NCBI RefSeq assembly: GCF_000372725.1
Contig: NW_005201392.1
Span: 252,521-310,722 of the forward strand
Origin: Emiliania huxleyi CCMP1516
Taxonomy: Eukaryota
Reading direction: 5' to 3'
Length of the DNA stretch: 58,202 nt
The stretch's first letter is position 1. The number at the start of each line of letters is the position of its first letter. Of the stretch, positions 12,239-25,400 are shown in pieces. The position numbers and the translations under genes were made by a program. Below the pieces are notes generated by a model, which did not search any database, was not told the DNA's origin, and was given only the letters and a program-made list of their open reading frames with translations.

Positions 12239-13716
12239 CAGGGTTCGTGATTTCACATGGAAACAGCGAATCGGTTTCACTTTCACTTTCACTTCACATT
12301 TCATGTGAAACGAAATTTCACTTTTTCGAGCGAGTGTGAAGAGTCGTGTGAACGTAATGATGACGGATGCTCCCACCGAGTTCCGACACTCTGACACTCA
12401 CTTGCACAGGTGTTGCTGTTGGCTCCCAAGCAGCAGCCAAGATGAAGGAGGCTGGAGATATTGGTCTCGCTGAGCTGATGTGTACAGTAGACCTATATGA
12501 ATCTCATGGCATGCTGTGGGCGAATACGGTGCTGATGGTGGGATGAACTCTCTCAGCAGTCGAGAGTCGACTCTCGACGCATCGGGCAGGGCGGCCGCGG
12601 CGGTGTAGGGGCGGCGGCGAGCTCCCGGTTGCAAATACTCGCCTCACAGTCCAAGATGGCGGCTCGCCCCCCCATCCGTGCACCAGCGTGCCACTCTAGT
12701 CCCGCCTGCCGCCCAGATACCGAGGGCGGGGCGCACTCTTCGACTTGGGCTATTATTTGCCACCGGGAGGGCGGCGGCGGCGGTGTAGGGGCGGCGGCGA
12801 GCTCCCGGTTGCAAATACTCGCCGCACAGTCCAAGATGGCGGCTCGCGCCCCCAAGCATCCATGCTCTGATGTGTCGCTTGGGTCGCCTCTGCTGCTGTG
12901 TCTCTGTCTTAGCCAGATATCGAGAGCGCGCGACGACAACCAACCCCTTACCCTAACCCTAACCCTAACCCTAACCCTAACCCTAACCCTAGCCCGAAGA
13001 ACCCAAAGCATTCACCGAGAGCTCGGGTCGACGGACCGCTGATTCCGCCATTTGGTTTCGGCCCAAACCGGACCATTCTCTTAGGAGCTGCACAACGGCT
13101 TGAACGCTCTCTGACCCTAACCCTAACCCTAACCCTAACCCTAACGACACGGTGCTTCTTAAGAGGTCGTGCGCGTCGCTGCCGACGCATCTCGCGTGTA
13201 TGGTGTTTTGCAGTGTATTTCGGCGGGGGCGCGCATTAAAAGAACATTGAGGCAACACACACGTCCTCGAGCGCCCGAGGACACGAACCAAGCTGCACCT
13301 CCTCTCACTAGTTATTGTGGGCTCTTTCCTTTCTACACTTCCTCGCTTTCAAACACCGCGTTTTGATGCAGTGAGGGCGGGCCCCTGTTCTTTGAGCCTT
13401 GGGGACGACCACGGCCTTGACCACGGCCTCGCTGCAGGGAAGGTGGGAAGCAGGAACGCGCGGCATTGGTGGCACAGAGATCCCTACCGGTGCCGGCAGT
13501 GGTAGGCGCACCGCCGCTCTCTCCGCTGCCGCCTCCGCCGCTGCCGCCTCGACTGCTGCCGCCTCCGCCGCTGCCGCCTCGGAGATGCCAGAGCCTTCGA
13601 AAGTAGTCGAACTTGTGAAATTTTCAGTGAAACGGGGGCGGCCGAAACGTTTCATGTGAAATTCACATGAATTCACATGTGAAAGTGAAAGTGTGAAAAT
13701 TCACTCACGAACCCTG
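12239..13716. mobile_element. Non-autonomous hAT-like DNA transposon (1478 bp)
   Basis: 12-bp TIRs CAGGGTTCGTGA / TCACGAACCCTG, 8-bp TSD GTCTGGCG at 12231-12238 and 13717-13724, and clustered subterminal TTTCAC/GTGAAA motifs at both ends. Confidence 0.85.
12945..13145. repeat. Two interstitial telomeric (CCCTAA)n tracts, about 12945-12990 and 13114-13145
   Basis: Directly visible TTAGGG-type repeats, both in the same orientation. Confidence 0.95.
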
Positions 13717-14112
13717 GTCTGGCGCATCCATCGCCACGAGCCTCGCGGCGGCGGTCGTGGCACACCTGGCGGCGGCTCTCGGGGCCGTCTCTACGGCGCT
13801 CGACGCCGTGTGAGGTCGCCGGCGGCCGCAACTCCGTGTCTCCGCCGCCGTCGCTCCCCTTCTGCGCTGGCTCAGCTCTCGGCGCGCGGCGGCGGGCCCC
13901 CACGCCAGTCGCGCTCTCCCTCACCGGACTCGCCGCCCGCCAAGCGGGCTTCCTCCGCCGACTCGTCCGGCTACGACACCGATTTACCGTACAAGGAGTA
14001 AAACAAAACAACAACTCTAACACTCACACGTCATTTGGGGCCCCTGCACAATGATGTTTATGGTGGTTTAAAGTTTGCGGGGGGGGGGGGGGACAGCTTT
14101 ACGACGGTTTTG

Positions 14113-15987
14113 CGTCTGGGGGGGCGACCCCCCCATCTTTGTTTACCGAATGCGTCTCTGGATTAGAGTGCGTCTAGTAGGCGTCCTACTTAGACGCTCG
14201 CTGTCCTCGGTATGCTCGAGCATCCTAAGATGCGCGAGTCCATATTAGTTGCTCCGCGCATCCCGGCGATCCCGAATTGCTCGCGGCATCTCCGATTGTG
14301 GCGTTGCTGTCTCAAAAGACGCGCCGTGCATACTGTGAACAGCGCGTGTCTCAGAAGACGCGCGCATATTTTGAACTATTCGTGCATACTGTGACGAACA
14401 CGGAACAGCGCGTGTGGATCTCAACAGACAACAACTCACACAAGAAATATACGTGGCAAAAGAAAACAGGGCAAGCGGTGTGGCGAGCGCTGCGCGGCGG
14501 GCCGTGCCCCCGGCTGTGCGCCGCGGCCGCTGCACTACTACTCGCACAGCCGCGGCGCGCCCACCCGAGCACTCGTGGGTGGGCGCCCTATAGCCTCTCC
14601 GCGCAACGTGCTGGGGCACGGACAGCGGCTCTCACGTCTGGCAGCGGCAGCAGGCCCACCGCTGCACCGACTCACACTGAACAGCACGCACAGGACACAG
14701 TCACAGAACACTGCCCCTGACGCCACTCACGGCCACGGGCTACTCAGACTTGGACACAGGCACCTCGCTTAGCACTCCGTGCACGCGGCTGCCGGTTGCC
14801 GTTGCCAGCGCCGCTTCCTGCCCAGATCAAACACCTGCGACGAGGCGGAGGCGATGAGCGGCCCACGGTCGCCGTGAGAGCGCGTGGCGGGCGACGGCTC
14901 ACCGATCGAGCGGAAGCGGTCGCGCTGCTCGAGAGTGGGGGCGGCGGCGAGGCGGACAAGCCACCCGCAGATCCCCAGAAGGACGCCGTCGCGAGGTCGA
15001 GGGCGGGCGGCGGGGGCGGCGAGGGTGAGGCGCGAGGCGCGAGGCGGTGTTGGCGGCGGCGGTGGCGCGGGCGGCGGCGGTCACGGAGCGGGGGCGAGAG
15101 GGTGGTGGCGAGCAAGACACCCGCGCGCGCTGCGCGGTCGCCGTTCTGACTCACATGCCTGCGGACAGCGCCGACGGGTGGTGAGGAGGGCGGCGAGCCG
15201 GCGGGCACGGTGTGCGCGCGGTCGCCGCGCGCTGGCGGGCGACAGCTCACCGAGCGAGGAGCGAGGAGCAGGAGCAGGAGCAGGAGCGAGTCGGGATGCC
15301 CGGTCCCTCAAATCGCCAAGTCAAACAAGAAAAACGCCACGGTTCTGGCCGACTCTCGGAAGTACGCTGTCTCTTCCGTGTTAGGCGCACGCCCACGCCC
15401 TCGGCCTCGAACTGGCCCCGCTACCTGCCGCGCAAACTGGTTGGTGGGGGGGGGAGCGGCGTCGCCGTCGGAGCGACGTAAGCAGTGCATGCAACTTTGC
15501 GCCCAGAGCTCGTGGCGCAAGCAGATGCATGCGCGGTGCTGAGAACCTGGTTCTCCAGGAGGGGCAGGCCGCGAGGAAAGACCTCACGCGAGCACTCAAG
15601 GCAGGGCCCCCAGGGGGTGCCGAGAGATCACACACCGCCTTTTCGATTTCGTCTGGATTTCGTGCTCCCTGCTCCCCCCTCGGTGCCCGGTGCACCCGAC
15701 ACACGGTGTCTCCTGAGACGCTTCCCTGTCCAAGTATAGTAAAATGTGATCTAGTATGCAATTGCCATCTCAGAACAGCTGTGCATCTATAGATGCTTGT
15801 GGCGTCTAAGATGGAACGCGTAACAAAAGACACGGCGCGGCTATCTCCAGGAGAGCCGTCGCATCCTAGAATGCCCTGTGTACCCGAGACACATGGTATC
15901 TTTGAGATGAAAAGTGCGTCCTAGAATGCGTTTTTGCATTCTAGGACGCATCGGTAAACAAAGATGGGGGGGTCGCCCCCCCAGACG
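14113..15987. mobile_element. Non-autonomous TIR element (about 1.87 kb), superfamily uncertain
   Basis: About 44-bp TIRs CGTCTGGGGGGGCGACCCCCCCATCTTTGTTTACCGA.. at both ends, possible 3-bp TSD TTG, and subterminal GCGTC(C)TAG-like repeats. Confidence 0.75.
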
Positions 15988-18110
15988 TTGCGGACCCTGC
16001 CGACGCGCTACAGTTGTAGCCCCACTGCACATAAGATGGACACCTCAACGGGAAGGGCACTGGCTCCGGCTCAGGTCGCGGGGCATAGCTCGGGTGTAAA
16101 CGGGGTCTGGGGCGGATGCCCCAGCGGCCCGCCGCAGGCGCCGCCGGAGGCCCCGGCCCGCCGCAGGCGCCGATTTTTTGGCGTTTTTGCTCAAAATTGA
16201 GATATTTCTCACATCAAATTCTCATCAAAATCGAGCTCGCTACGAGCTCTCTAACTGCAGGACAGCATCTCCTCGTTGAGCCCAGCGGCGCCCGTATCGC
16301 CCACGCCCACATTCTTCGTCTTCTTCTTGCCCTTCTTGCCCTTGGCCCTTGCTGCACTTAGCCGCTCAACCTCCGCCGGCAGCGGCTCCTTGGCATGCCG
16401 CGCATTCTCCATCTGCTTTGCTTCCCACGCTGCCGCTTCCTCTAAAGCAGCGCCGCCACTAAGCGGCGCAACCAAGTTCTCGCACTGTTTGCATGAGCAT
16501 GTGTCTTGCTTGGCGCGGCGCACAATCCGCGCGCGGCGAGTGAGGTGCGTGAGAGCAGAAGACTCGCAGGTCGGATGGGCGGTGACGCCGTCGAGCGACG
16601 GCGCAAAGGCCAATCGCTGCTGCTGCGCCAACGAGAGCGGCGACACGAGGCTGCTGGCAGCTGGCAGAGCGAATCGCGATTCCGGCGGCCGCCGTCAGCC
16701 CGCCGACACCGACGGCCGAGCTGAGGTCAAACTCCGCCACAGGTCGGACCATCCGTGCGTCAGCCATGGGACGAGACGTCTGTGTGCAGACAGCCCGCCA
16801 CCCGGGCGATAGAACATGCCAGCTGCTTGCAGGGCTCTCGTGGCCCGTGGTGAATAGGGCGGGCTGCGGCGGGCGCATAAACTATTCACAGCTTATGAAC
16901 ACCGGGAAAACTAAAGTCTGCAGAAGAGTTCGAGTGGTCTTCGTGCTCAGAAGGATCAAGAGAGCTCTATTCACACCCTTTGTGCGTTGAAGACCACAGG
17001 CAATGCCCGTTTACACCCAACCGACGAGTCGCTGGGCCCTCTGACCTGAGCCGCAGCCACTCGCAGCAGGCGGGGCCGAATCCTGCAGCCTTAGTCTTGG
17101 CCCGAGCCGGCGGCATGCCACGGGTAGGCGCGTTGAGGCTTGCCGCCTCCTCTGCGCCAACGCGGCTTGTGCCGCAGCTTGCGATTGCCGCCAGACAAGA
17201 GGAGGAGCAGAGCCGTTTGGGCCCTGTTCACGCGCGCGCGAGACGTGCAGACAGGGTTGCCAGGTGAGAGCGAATGGCGCGTTTCACGCCTCGCACAACA
17301 GAGAGAGAGATGCGCTCTGCATGGTGGGACATAAAAGAGAGCGAGTACTTGGGCGAGTAGGCCGTGCGGTCGACGCTCACGGGCGCGCTCCTCCGCAGCC
17401 TCGGCCGCCTCGAGGTCGGCGAGAGCGGCCGCCGCCTCGCGGTTACTCGATCGTGTTCGACGTCGTCGAACAATGTACGACGTCGTCGAACACAAGTGGA
17501 GAATGGCCGTAGCTCCTCTCCACGAGCGATTCAGAAGACGTACCACGTATCGATTCCGTATAGAATTTCAGCGCGCAGACGGCTGTCTAGACCAGGTCTC
17601 TTCATTCCGCCGCCGTGGCGCGGTATTTTTGATTGAAACTAGCGCGAACAGGCCATTTTGCCTCAGATTTGCCCTCTGGCGCGATCTTCTCGCGTCGGCA
17701 AGCGCGCGGGCCAGGATGGGCTAGCCGATCCCGCCACGCTGGACGGGCCAGCGGCTGGGAGGGGGGGGGCTTGTCAGGGGCGGCGTTAGGAGGGCCCGCC
17801 ACCGAAGAAGGAGGGTGAAAAAACGGCCGACACGCTGCGCTGCTCGGGTCCTCTTCTTTCTGCTTCTTGAATTCTTCTTCTTCAGCTCTGCCAGGTGCCG
17901 CGTGCATGCCCTGGCGCCCTGGCGCACACACCGACCACCGGCCTTGTGTGTGCCAAAAAGGAGCTTGCCCGCAGCACTCCCCGCGTGCGTCCGGCGCCGC
18001 TGGCGGGCCCCACACTGCGCACGCCGCGTCGAGCCCTGCGCTGCGCAGCGCCCCCCTCGCTGCCCTGCGCCCCCCTCCTGCTGAGTGATTCCCCCTCGCA
18101 TGCGCGCAGC

Positions 18111-18390
18111 ATGCCGAACATCTGGGGCATCCATCCCAAGGAGAACTCGGCCGGCGCGCGCCACTGGTGCGCCCTGCCCCGCTGCCCAACGCGCTGAGCA
18201 TGCCACATTGCCACGTGGCGGGTCGGCCGGCACGCCGCCGCCGAAAGCCTGATCCCTATCTCCCTCCCGCGCCCTCCGCAGCCGCGTTTGCCACAGCGTG
18301 CGCGGCCTTATCCGCAAGTATGGCCTCGACATCTGCCGTCGCTGCTTCCGCGAGTACGCCAAGGACATTGGCTTCATCAAGTATAGCTAA
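18111..18390 (+). CDS. RPS29: 40S ribosomal protein S29 (uS14)
   Basis: Exons 18111-18166 and 18282-18390 (GT-AG intron) give [54 protein letters not shown]. Confidence 0.97.
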
Positions 18391-20191
18391 TGCGGTTCAG
18401 GGACAGCCGACCCGCTGCCCCTGTGCGCTCTCTTTCGCTTCGCTCGTCGCGCCTTCCGCGGCGCGCCGCCAGAGGCTATCCCGCGTAGGATGCGGTGGCC
18501 CGTGATGAGCCGCGGCGGCGCGGTGTCGGAGGGAGAACGCGGCGCTGGAGGGGGGAGGGCGACGGTCACTGTATTTTAAGCTCAGTAACGTCGCAAACAG
18601 TTTTCTGGCAGTGAGAGTGGCCAGTGTTGCGTCTTCCCTCATGGTCATGCCAGATCGGTAGATGCCACGGCGCCGCTGGCGCGGGCCATCGCTCTCTGTC
18701 TCTCCTCGCTCTGTGCACGCTCGCGGCGACTGTCGTCGTGGAGTGTGGTGGGAAACAAAACCGGCGCCGCCCTGCGGGGTGTCGCCCGAGGCCCGCAACA
18801 AACGACACTGTGGCCCTGGCGCTCCAAAGCTCCTCTCCTCGCCAAATAAATCTGCCGTGGGTGTCTCCGCCAGACTCCGTCTCCCCAGCTCCCCAGCCAC
18901 CGGCCCCGCGGATCACATAATCGTGCACGCGAGGCGGCATTCTATCGGCGCCTGCCAGGGTCGGGGGGGCGCGGTTGGTCAACAGCGCTTGCCAGGCGCG
19001 CGGAAGTGTGGTGCGACGCGGTGGATAGCATGCCCGGAGGCCAAAATGTGGGCGCTTTGATTCAGTTGTGTTGGAGCACGCACATGATGATCCGACACCC
19101 AGCAGATGCAGCAGCCGTTGGCGTACGACGTGAGCGAGAAGTCATCATCATCGTCCGTCGGCGGTCGTCTCGCCGGCCCCGCGTTTACCTGCGCTGGCGA
19201 GGCGATGGATGTGTGTAGGGCGCGCCTGTGGTCGAGCCGGCGGCGGCGTGGCCACGCACCCGATCCTTGGCGGACAAGCCTGACGTGATGGCTGTTTTCG
19301 GCGACTGATCTGTGCCTTTCCCAGCGGACGCAGCGGCGGCAGTGCCGTTGGCCATCGTGTCCCAACAGCAAGAGGAGCACACTTGGTGCGCCGCCTTCTT
19401 TCAGGGCACGCATTTTTTTTCCTTGTACCTTCGATCTCTTACTCTTAACCTAAACGTACACATTTCGAGCGAGTGAACAGCAGCTCCTGAGCACGGCGCC
19501 GCAGGCGCCTGTTGATAGGTCCAGTGATAGCCCTGGGTGGGCAATCAATGCATACGCCTACCTACTGGACCCCCTTGGTTTGGTTGTAAACTTTTCAGTG
19601 TATGTAGCTCTTATTACGAACATACCCGTAGGTGAACTGCTGACAGGGTTTGCGATGAGGAGCGATCCGAACGTGGTATTCGGGTGATTAGATCACTACC
19701 GCCGTAACGCAAGAGCACTGCGACGGATCGCGGGCTCATGCTAGCATCCACCTCGCGGGCCGACGTTCTGGCCCAGCGAGGCTGCTGCGGAGCACTCGGG
19801 GCCGATGTTCTGGCCCAGCGAGGCCGCTGCGGGACACACCGGCGGCTCGGTTCGCTCCTCAACGCAAACTCGGTCGAGCAAGAAGTCAGGTGTGTGTGTG
19901 TAGAGGCGGCGCGGCACGGTAAGGGTCGGCGGTAAGGCGGCGCGGCGGCAGCAGACGGCAGGCAGGACATCGGACGGCGGGACATACGGCGCGGCGGGCG
20001 CGGCACTGTAGGAGCGGCGGTACGGCGGCACGGCGGTAACGGACGGCAGGGGGTACGGCGGGCTAAACGGCAAGGGCGGCGCGGCACGGAGGAAGGAGCG
20101 GCACGGTAAGGAACGGTGGCACGACGGCAGACCACAGCGGCGAAGGAACGGCGGAGCATTGGACGGCGGGGAAACGGCTGGGCGGGGGGGC

Positions 20192-20500
20192 GAGGGGTGA
20201 GGCGAGGGTGGCGGCGGTCCGGATCACGAGGGAGTAGAAAGTCGGGCGGGAGGGTGAGGCGAGGGTGGCGGCGGTTCGGATCACGAGGGAGTAGAAAGTC
20301 GGGGGCGAGCGGGCGAGAGCGAGCGGCGAGCGAGGGCGGCGAGGCGGCGAGGGTGAGGCGAGGGTGGCGGCGGTTCGGATCACGAGGAGGTAGAAAGTCG
20401 GGCGCGAGCGGGCGGGGTGGCGGCGAGGCGGCGGGAGGGTGACAGGCGAGGGGGGTGGCGGGTTGGATCACGAGGAGGTGGAAAGTCGGGCGCGAGCGGG
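20192..20500. repeat. Degenerate repeat with a core of about 55 bp (GGGTGAGGCGAGGGTGGCGGCGGTTCGGATCACGAGGGAGTAGAAAGTCGGG), about 4 copies
   Basis: Directly visible. Confidence 0.85.
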
Positions 20501-20725
20501 CGGGGTAGCGGCGAGGCGGCGGGACTTTTAGGCGGGCCCTGCAAATTCGAGTCGCAGCGGAGTGGGCCCCGAGCTTGAAAAGGGCGACGGAAGCTTGCGT
20601 CCTAGCCACCAACAACGCCTCCCCGGCGGTCACCTCCCCCTCCGAGAGATCAGGTAGGTAGGGCTGGGTGGAGGGTCCATCGCTTGAGCGGCGTGCGTGA
20701 CGTATTCGCGCGCGCAACTCCACAA

Positions 20726-22200
20726 ATGCCGCCGAATGGCGGCGAGCCGTGCCGGGCGACTTCGCCGGGCGCTGCGACCGGATGCAACGACCGCCGGATG
20801 CCAACCCTACAGTGCGGCGCCTCCGCGGAGTGCCGCAAGCTCCAGACCACGATGAGCCGGCAGGATCCAGCGCTTGCGCCGCTGCTCCTGTCGGCAGATG
20901 GCCGACCACTCAAGTATGTAACCCGATTGGCGTACAACGCACGCACGTCCAAGTCGGCCCGATCCGCCTACCCGCGCAGCGTGGTGCGCTCCAAGCTCAA
21001 GTCCGACGGGCAGAGGCCGCCGGTCGTGCAGGAATGCGCATAGGCGAGCGGTGATGTTGCTGGAGAGCACATGGATCAGCTGAGCCACCTGCCCCCCGCT
21101 TGCCGCTCGCACCTCCCCAGGTCCTCTGCCCGCAGCACTCGGGCTGCACCTGGTTCGTCTCGACGCTCTGCGCCTCCCTGCCAGAGGCAAGGTGCATACC
21201 AGACTACACTGCCTGCTGGCAGCCCGTGCCCATAAGTCCAACCCGCCCGCCGCCGCCTCCCCGGAGAACGCGGAGGCGTCCAGCGGCGGCTTCGCATCTC
21301 GAGGGCCAAGACTGGTTCATCCTTCCGGCGTCGGGCCCCCACGTGGTGAAGACGACGTTGCTGCCTCGCCGGGCCCTCTCGAGCTGGGAGGGCGTCGCCG
21401 TCACATACCGGATCCTTTTTCTTCGCAACCCGGTGCCGACCGGGTGGGGGCGAGGGAGGGAGCCGCGGCTCCGGGTCCCTCGGCGGGGTATAGAGCCTTT
21501 CTGCGGACACAACCCAGACCCTTGCCCCGACACCACACGCTAGGTGCAGCAGTTCCTCTCGGTTCAAAAGGAGCTGTGGAGGGACAACTGCGGTGGCATG
21601 GTGAGAAAGGCGCGTGGCTACGACGCGGCGGCGCTCCGCGCGTGGCTGGCTGGCAGTGCCGTCCCCGCAGGGCCGCACGGGGAGTGGGATTTTGACGCCA
21701 TTGTCTTTTTCGAAGACTTTGCGAGGAACGGCGCCGCGCCCGCCGTCTAGCCCCCATGGAGCACTTGCCCCGCTCCGTATCATGAGCGGCGCCCTCGCCC
21801 CCATGGCCTAGCACAACGAGTGGACTGGGCAGTGGGGCGCTCGACCTAGCAGCTCACTCGCCCTTCTGCCCTGCGTGCTGGTGCAGGCTCCAAGCTGCGC
21901 CGGCGGCTGGGCCTCCCTGCGCCGCGCCGGAGGACCATGCCGCCGCGCGTGCGCGAGCGAAACACGAGCGCCGAGCTAGTCGACGCGGTGTGTGCCATGT
22001 CGCCCTTTCTGTGCGCGCTGTATGGCTTGGGGTACGACGCGCGCGGCGAGGCGATGCCCGGCGACCTGACGATGCCAAAGACCGCAGAGAAGCTCCGCCA
22101 CGCGCTCAGCATCCGCAAGCCCTTCCCGTCGAATCGAACGCTGCCCTCTCTGAGCAGGAAGCGAGTGCGGATGCGCGTCGCGGTCGCGGGCGCAAAGTAG
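20726..22200 (+). CDS. Sulfotransferase-like protein (PAPS-binding fold), multi-exon; start uncertain
   Basis: PQHSGCTWFVSTL resembles the 5'-PSB loop. Spliced YRILFLRNP|VQQFLS resembles the 3'-PB motif, and a later IVFFEDF resembles YEDL. Confidence 0.55.
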
Positions 22201-22468
22201 ACTTTTGTGCCGTGCAACAATAAACAAACCGGCTCGACACACATTCCTCTAGTCGCCGACCACCCCTACGCCCCATCGTGCATCCGGAAAAGATCGAGAT
22301 CGCCCAGATGCACAAAAGACGAGAAAACACGCGCCGCGGGGCCGAAAATGCGAAAATGTGTGAACAAAAGGACCGCATGGCGTGTCAATTTCCTCAACAA
22401 GCCTCACACATAAGACACACACGCATGCGAATGTGAGAAGTACGATGCAAATACGTATTAACCCCAGA

Positions 22469-25400
22469 TTAATCCGAGCACTCTCTGCAAACAATCTCGG
22501 ACCCGCGTGCGCTTGACTTTGGGTACAGGGCCTGAAAGCCGACGGGCGCACAGAGATCGCAGAGGAAGCCCTCGTCGCTCCACCGCGAACGCGGCGGCTC
22601 GCACTCGCGGTGAAATGCGCGCGGGCAGCCGTCGCACATGATCAGGTCGCCGGTGCGCGGCTTCCCGTCGGGCCCGAGGGGGCAGCGCCTCCGACCGTCC
22701 CACGCGTCAGACTCAGAGGGTTCTCTGCCGGGCTTAAGCGTCGCGCAGCAGTGGGCGTAGTGCCCATCGGCGTTGGCAAAGTAGGGCACGGGGCAGCAGT
22801 CGCAGCGGTCGTCGATCTTAAGTCCCTGCTGGATGTCGGTCTTCATCGGCATGTGCACAGCCCGGCAGAACCCGTCCGGGTAGCGGTCGGTGTTGCGCAC
22901 CGACGAGTTTCCCCGGATTCCATTGCGAACCTGCATGTGCTTCTTGAGGTCGGCGCAGTGGCAGCCATCTTGCGAGCACCTCTTGCGCCACTTCTTTTTG
23001 AACGGGTCCCACATGTCGAGGTACAGCTCGTGCGAGTTGCCCCAGAGCGCCGATAGCTTGTGGGGCGCAAAATCGTCGAAGAGGCAGAAGGTCATCGGCA
23101 TGCAGACAAGGCCAAGGCCGCCAAGGGTGACGGGCAGCTGCGCGATCGAGAGCATGAGCGGGTGCGAGACGAGGTCAGCCCACGGGTTCTCGATCGTGAT
23201 GAGGATGTGCGGGTAGCGCCGCCGCAGGAAGTAGCAGATGGCGAGCATGTGGTGCACGTTCCTGTTCGCCTCGCACGCCTCTTGCGAAGTGCCCATGAAG
23301 AAGTTGCTCGCCAGGCGCTGGTGTTTCGATTTCGACAGTGTCGAGAAGGTGTCGCACTCGATGCCGAAGTGAGCCCACACCACGCGCCGGCTCCCCAGCA
23401 GCTGGTCGAGCTTCGTGTGGTCGAGCGGCAGCTTGTGGAAGTCGAGTTCAATCAGCTCGTCCTCGTGCAATTTGTTGCAGCCGCACTGGAACCTGATGCC
23501 GCTCTCGCGCCGCTCACCGTTGCATCCGAACTGGCCGCCGTCGTCGCTTCCGACGGGCTTTCCCGCGCGCTGTCGCTTTTGCCCTCCTTCCTTCGCGTCC
23601 CAGTGCGGCCACACCTTCTTCCGATCGTTGTCGAGACCCTTGACCTTGAAGTCCTTGTTCTCGTCCCGTAAGATGGACGCCATGGGCGACTCGCCGCAGA
23701 ACGCCTCGAAAAAGAGCAACTCCTCGCCCCCTCCTCCCGCTCCCGTCGTCGCCGCCGCCGCCGCCGCCTTGCCCTTGCCGTTCCCGCGGCGGCAGTTCGT
23801 GGTCGGCGCCGCTCCCGCGAGAGCAGCCGCCGCGTCCGCCATATCCGCCGCCGCCACCGCCGCTTCCCGCTCGCTCGCATCGACGATGGCGTCCAACCGT
23901 GCTGCGTCAGGCTCGGAATCGGAGCCGCCTCCGCCGCCCGCCGCGCTTGGCTGATACGCCCGCTGGTCGGGCGCCTTGAGGGCCCTGCGCATGAGCAGCT
24001 CTGGAGTGGCATGCAGCTTGTTCACGGCGACCAGCTCCCAGCCGCTCAGCAGCTCGGGCGGCTCGAGGATGCACAAATTCTCCTCCTCCAGCTGCTCCTC
24101 CCACCCCGCGCCGCCGACCGCCACCGCGAAGCGGCACCACGTGTGCACGTCGCCGCAGATCATGCTGCCGTGGGTGTCAAAGGCGTACCCGCAGAGGAGC
24201 GACATCTCCTTGTCGGCCGCGGCGCGCGGCGTGATCTGCTCGAGGGTGCTCGCCTTGTGCGTCATCGGCTTGCCGTCGTCCGTGCCGCCGACCCAATGCA
24301 GCTCGACGTCGACCCGCTCCGCCTCGCCGCCGCCTCGCGGCGCCTGCGACGCGTACTCCTTCTGCGTCCTCGACCTGGTGTCGAGCGAGGTTTGGTGGTC
24401 GACCACACGCGCCAAAAAGTGCTGCGAGCAGTTGACGGATTGGACCGTGTCCTGATCTTCCCACACCGCGATGAGCTCGCCCAGCTGAGGCAAACCGGGC
24501 GCCGGTGAGCGGCCGCCACCGCGCGCGCTCCTCGCCCCTCCTCCGCCCCCAGCGCCGCTGCCGCCGTCGCTGCCGCCGCTGCTCGCTCCTCCTTCCTCGC
24601 GGATGGCGTTCTGGGCCCGCGCCACGAGCTTCTGCAAGAACGATGTGTGCTGCGTCACAGCCGTCGCAACGCGCCCCGACCCTAGCTCCTGATAGACACT
24701 GAGAGACGAGCCGTCGCCATCCTCGGTGAAAGCGATCCACGGCGACTCCGACGCGCCAATCTCCTCCGACAGAGCGGCGGGCGCCGCGTCGTCGCGCAGG
24801 CAGATCTTCGGGATGTGGCGCCGCGCCGCCACCATGGCGACATACCCGAGCAGCGCAGCGCCCACTTTCGCGGCGCTCGCCTCCTCGAGCGCCCCGTCGA
24901 CCGCGAGGAGCGCCACGCCGACGCAGCGCGCCCCCTCCCCCTGGCCCCGCTCGTCGCGGAAGACGGCGCAGCCGAGCGGCGTCATGTCAAGGAAGAGCGC
25001 AACCACCATGTACTCGCCGCCCTTCCCAGGCTCGCTGAGGAGGGAGCGCAGCCGCTCGCCCTGCGCCTCGCATGCGAGGGCGGCGCGCAGACCGCCCGAA
25101 GACTCGTCCCCGAGGAGAGCACCGCTGAGCTCCTGGTACAGGCCGCGCGCCGAGAGGAGCGCAAACTTGAGCTGCGACGGCTCCTCCTGCACCGCCGCCA
25201 GGGCGGCCTGCACGCTGCTGCGCGTGCCCTGCGGCGACGCGCGCGAGGGAGCGCGGCTGCTGCTGCCGGCGCCGCGCGGGGCCCCGCGCGTGCGCTTCTG
25301 CCGCAACCCCAGCGGATCGGGGCCAAACAGCTCGAGCTGATACCGACGGTTTTCCTCGATCGCCTCCAATCGCCTCAGCTCGATCGGCGCCAGGTCGCTG

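Noticed and set aside
12945..13145. True chromosome end
   Set aside because: The tracts are short, internal and enclosed within a TIR/TSD-bounded element.
16251..16646. Short frame with TCSCKQCEN and a Lys-rich tail, possibly a transposase remnant
   Set aside because: Too short; no catalytic motifs to support a call.
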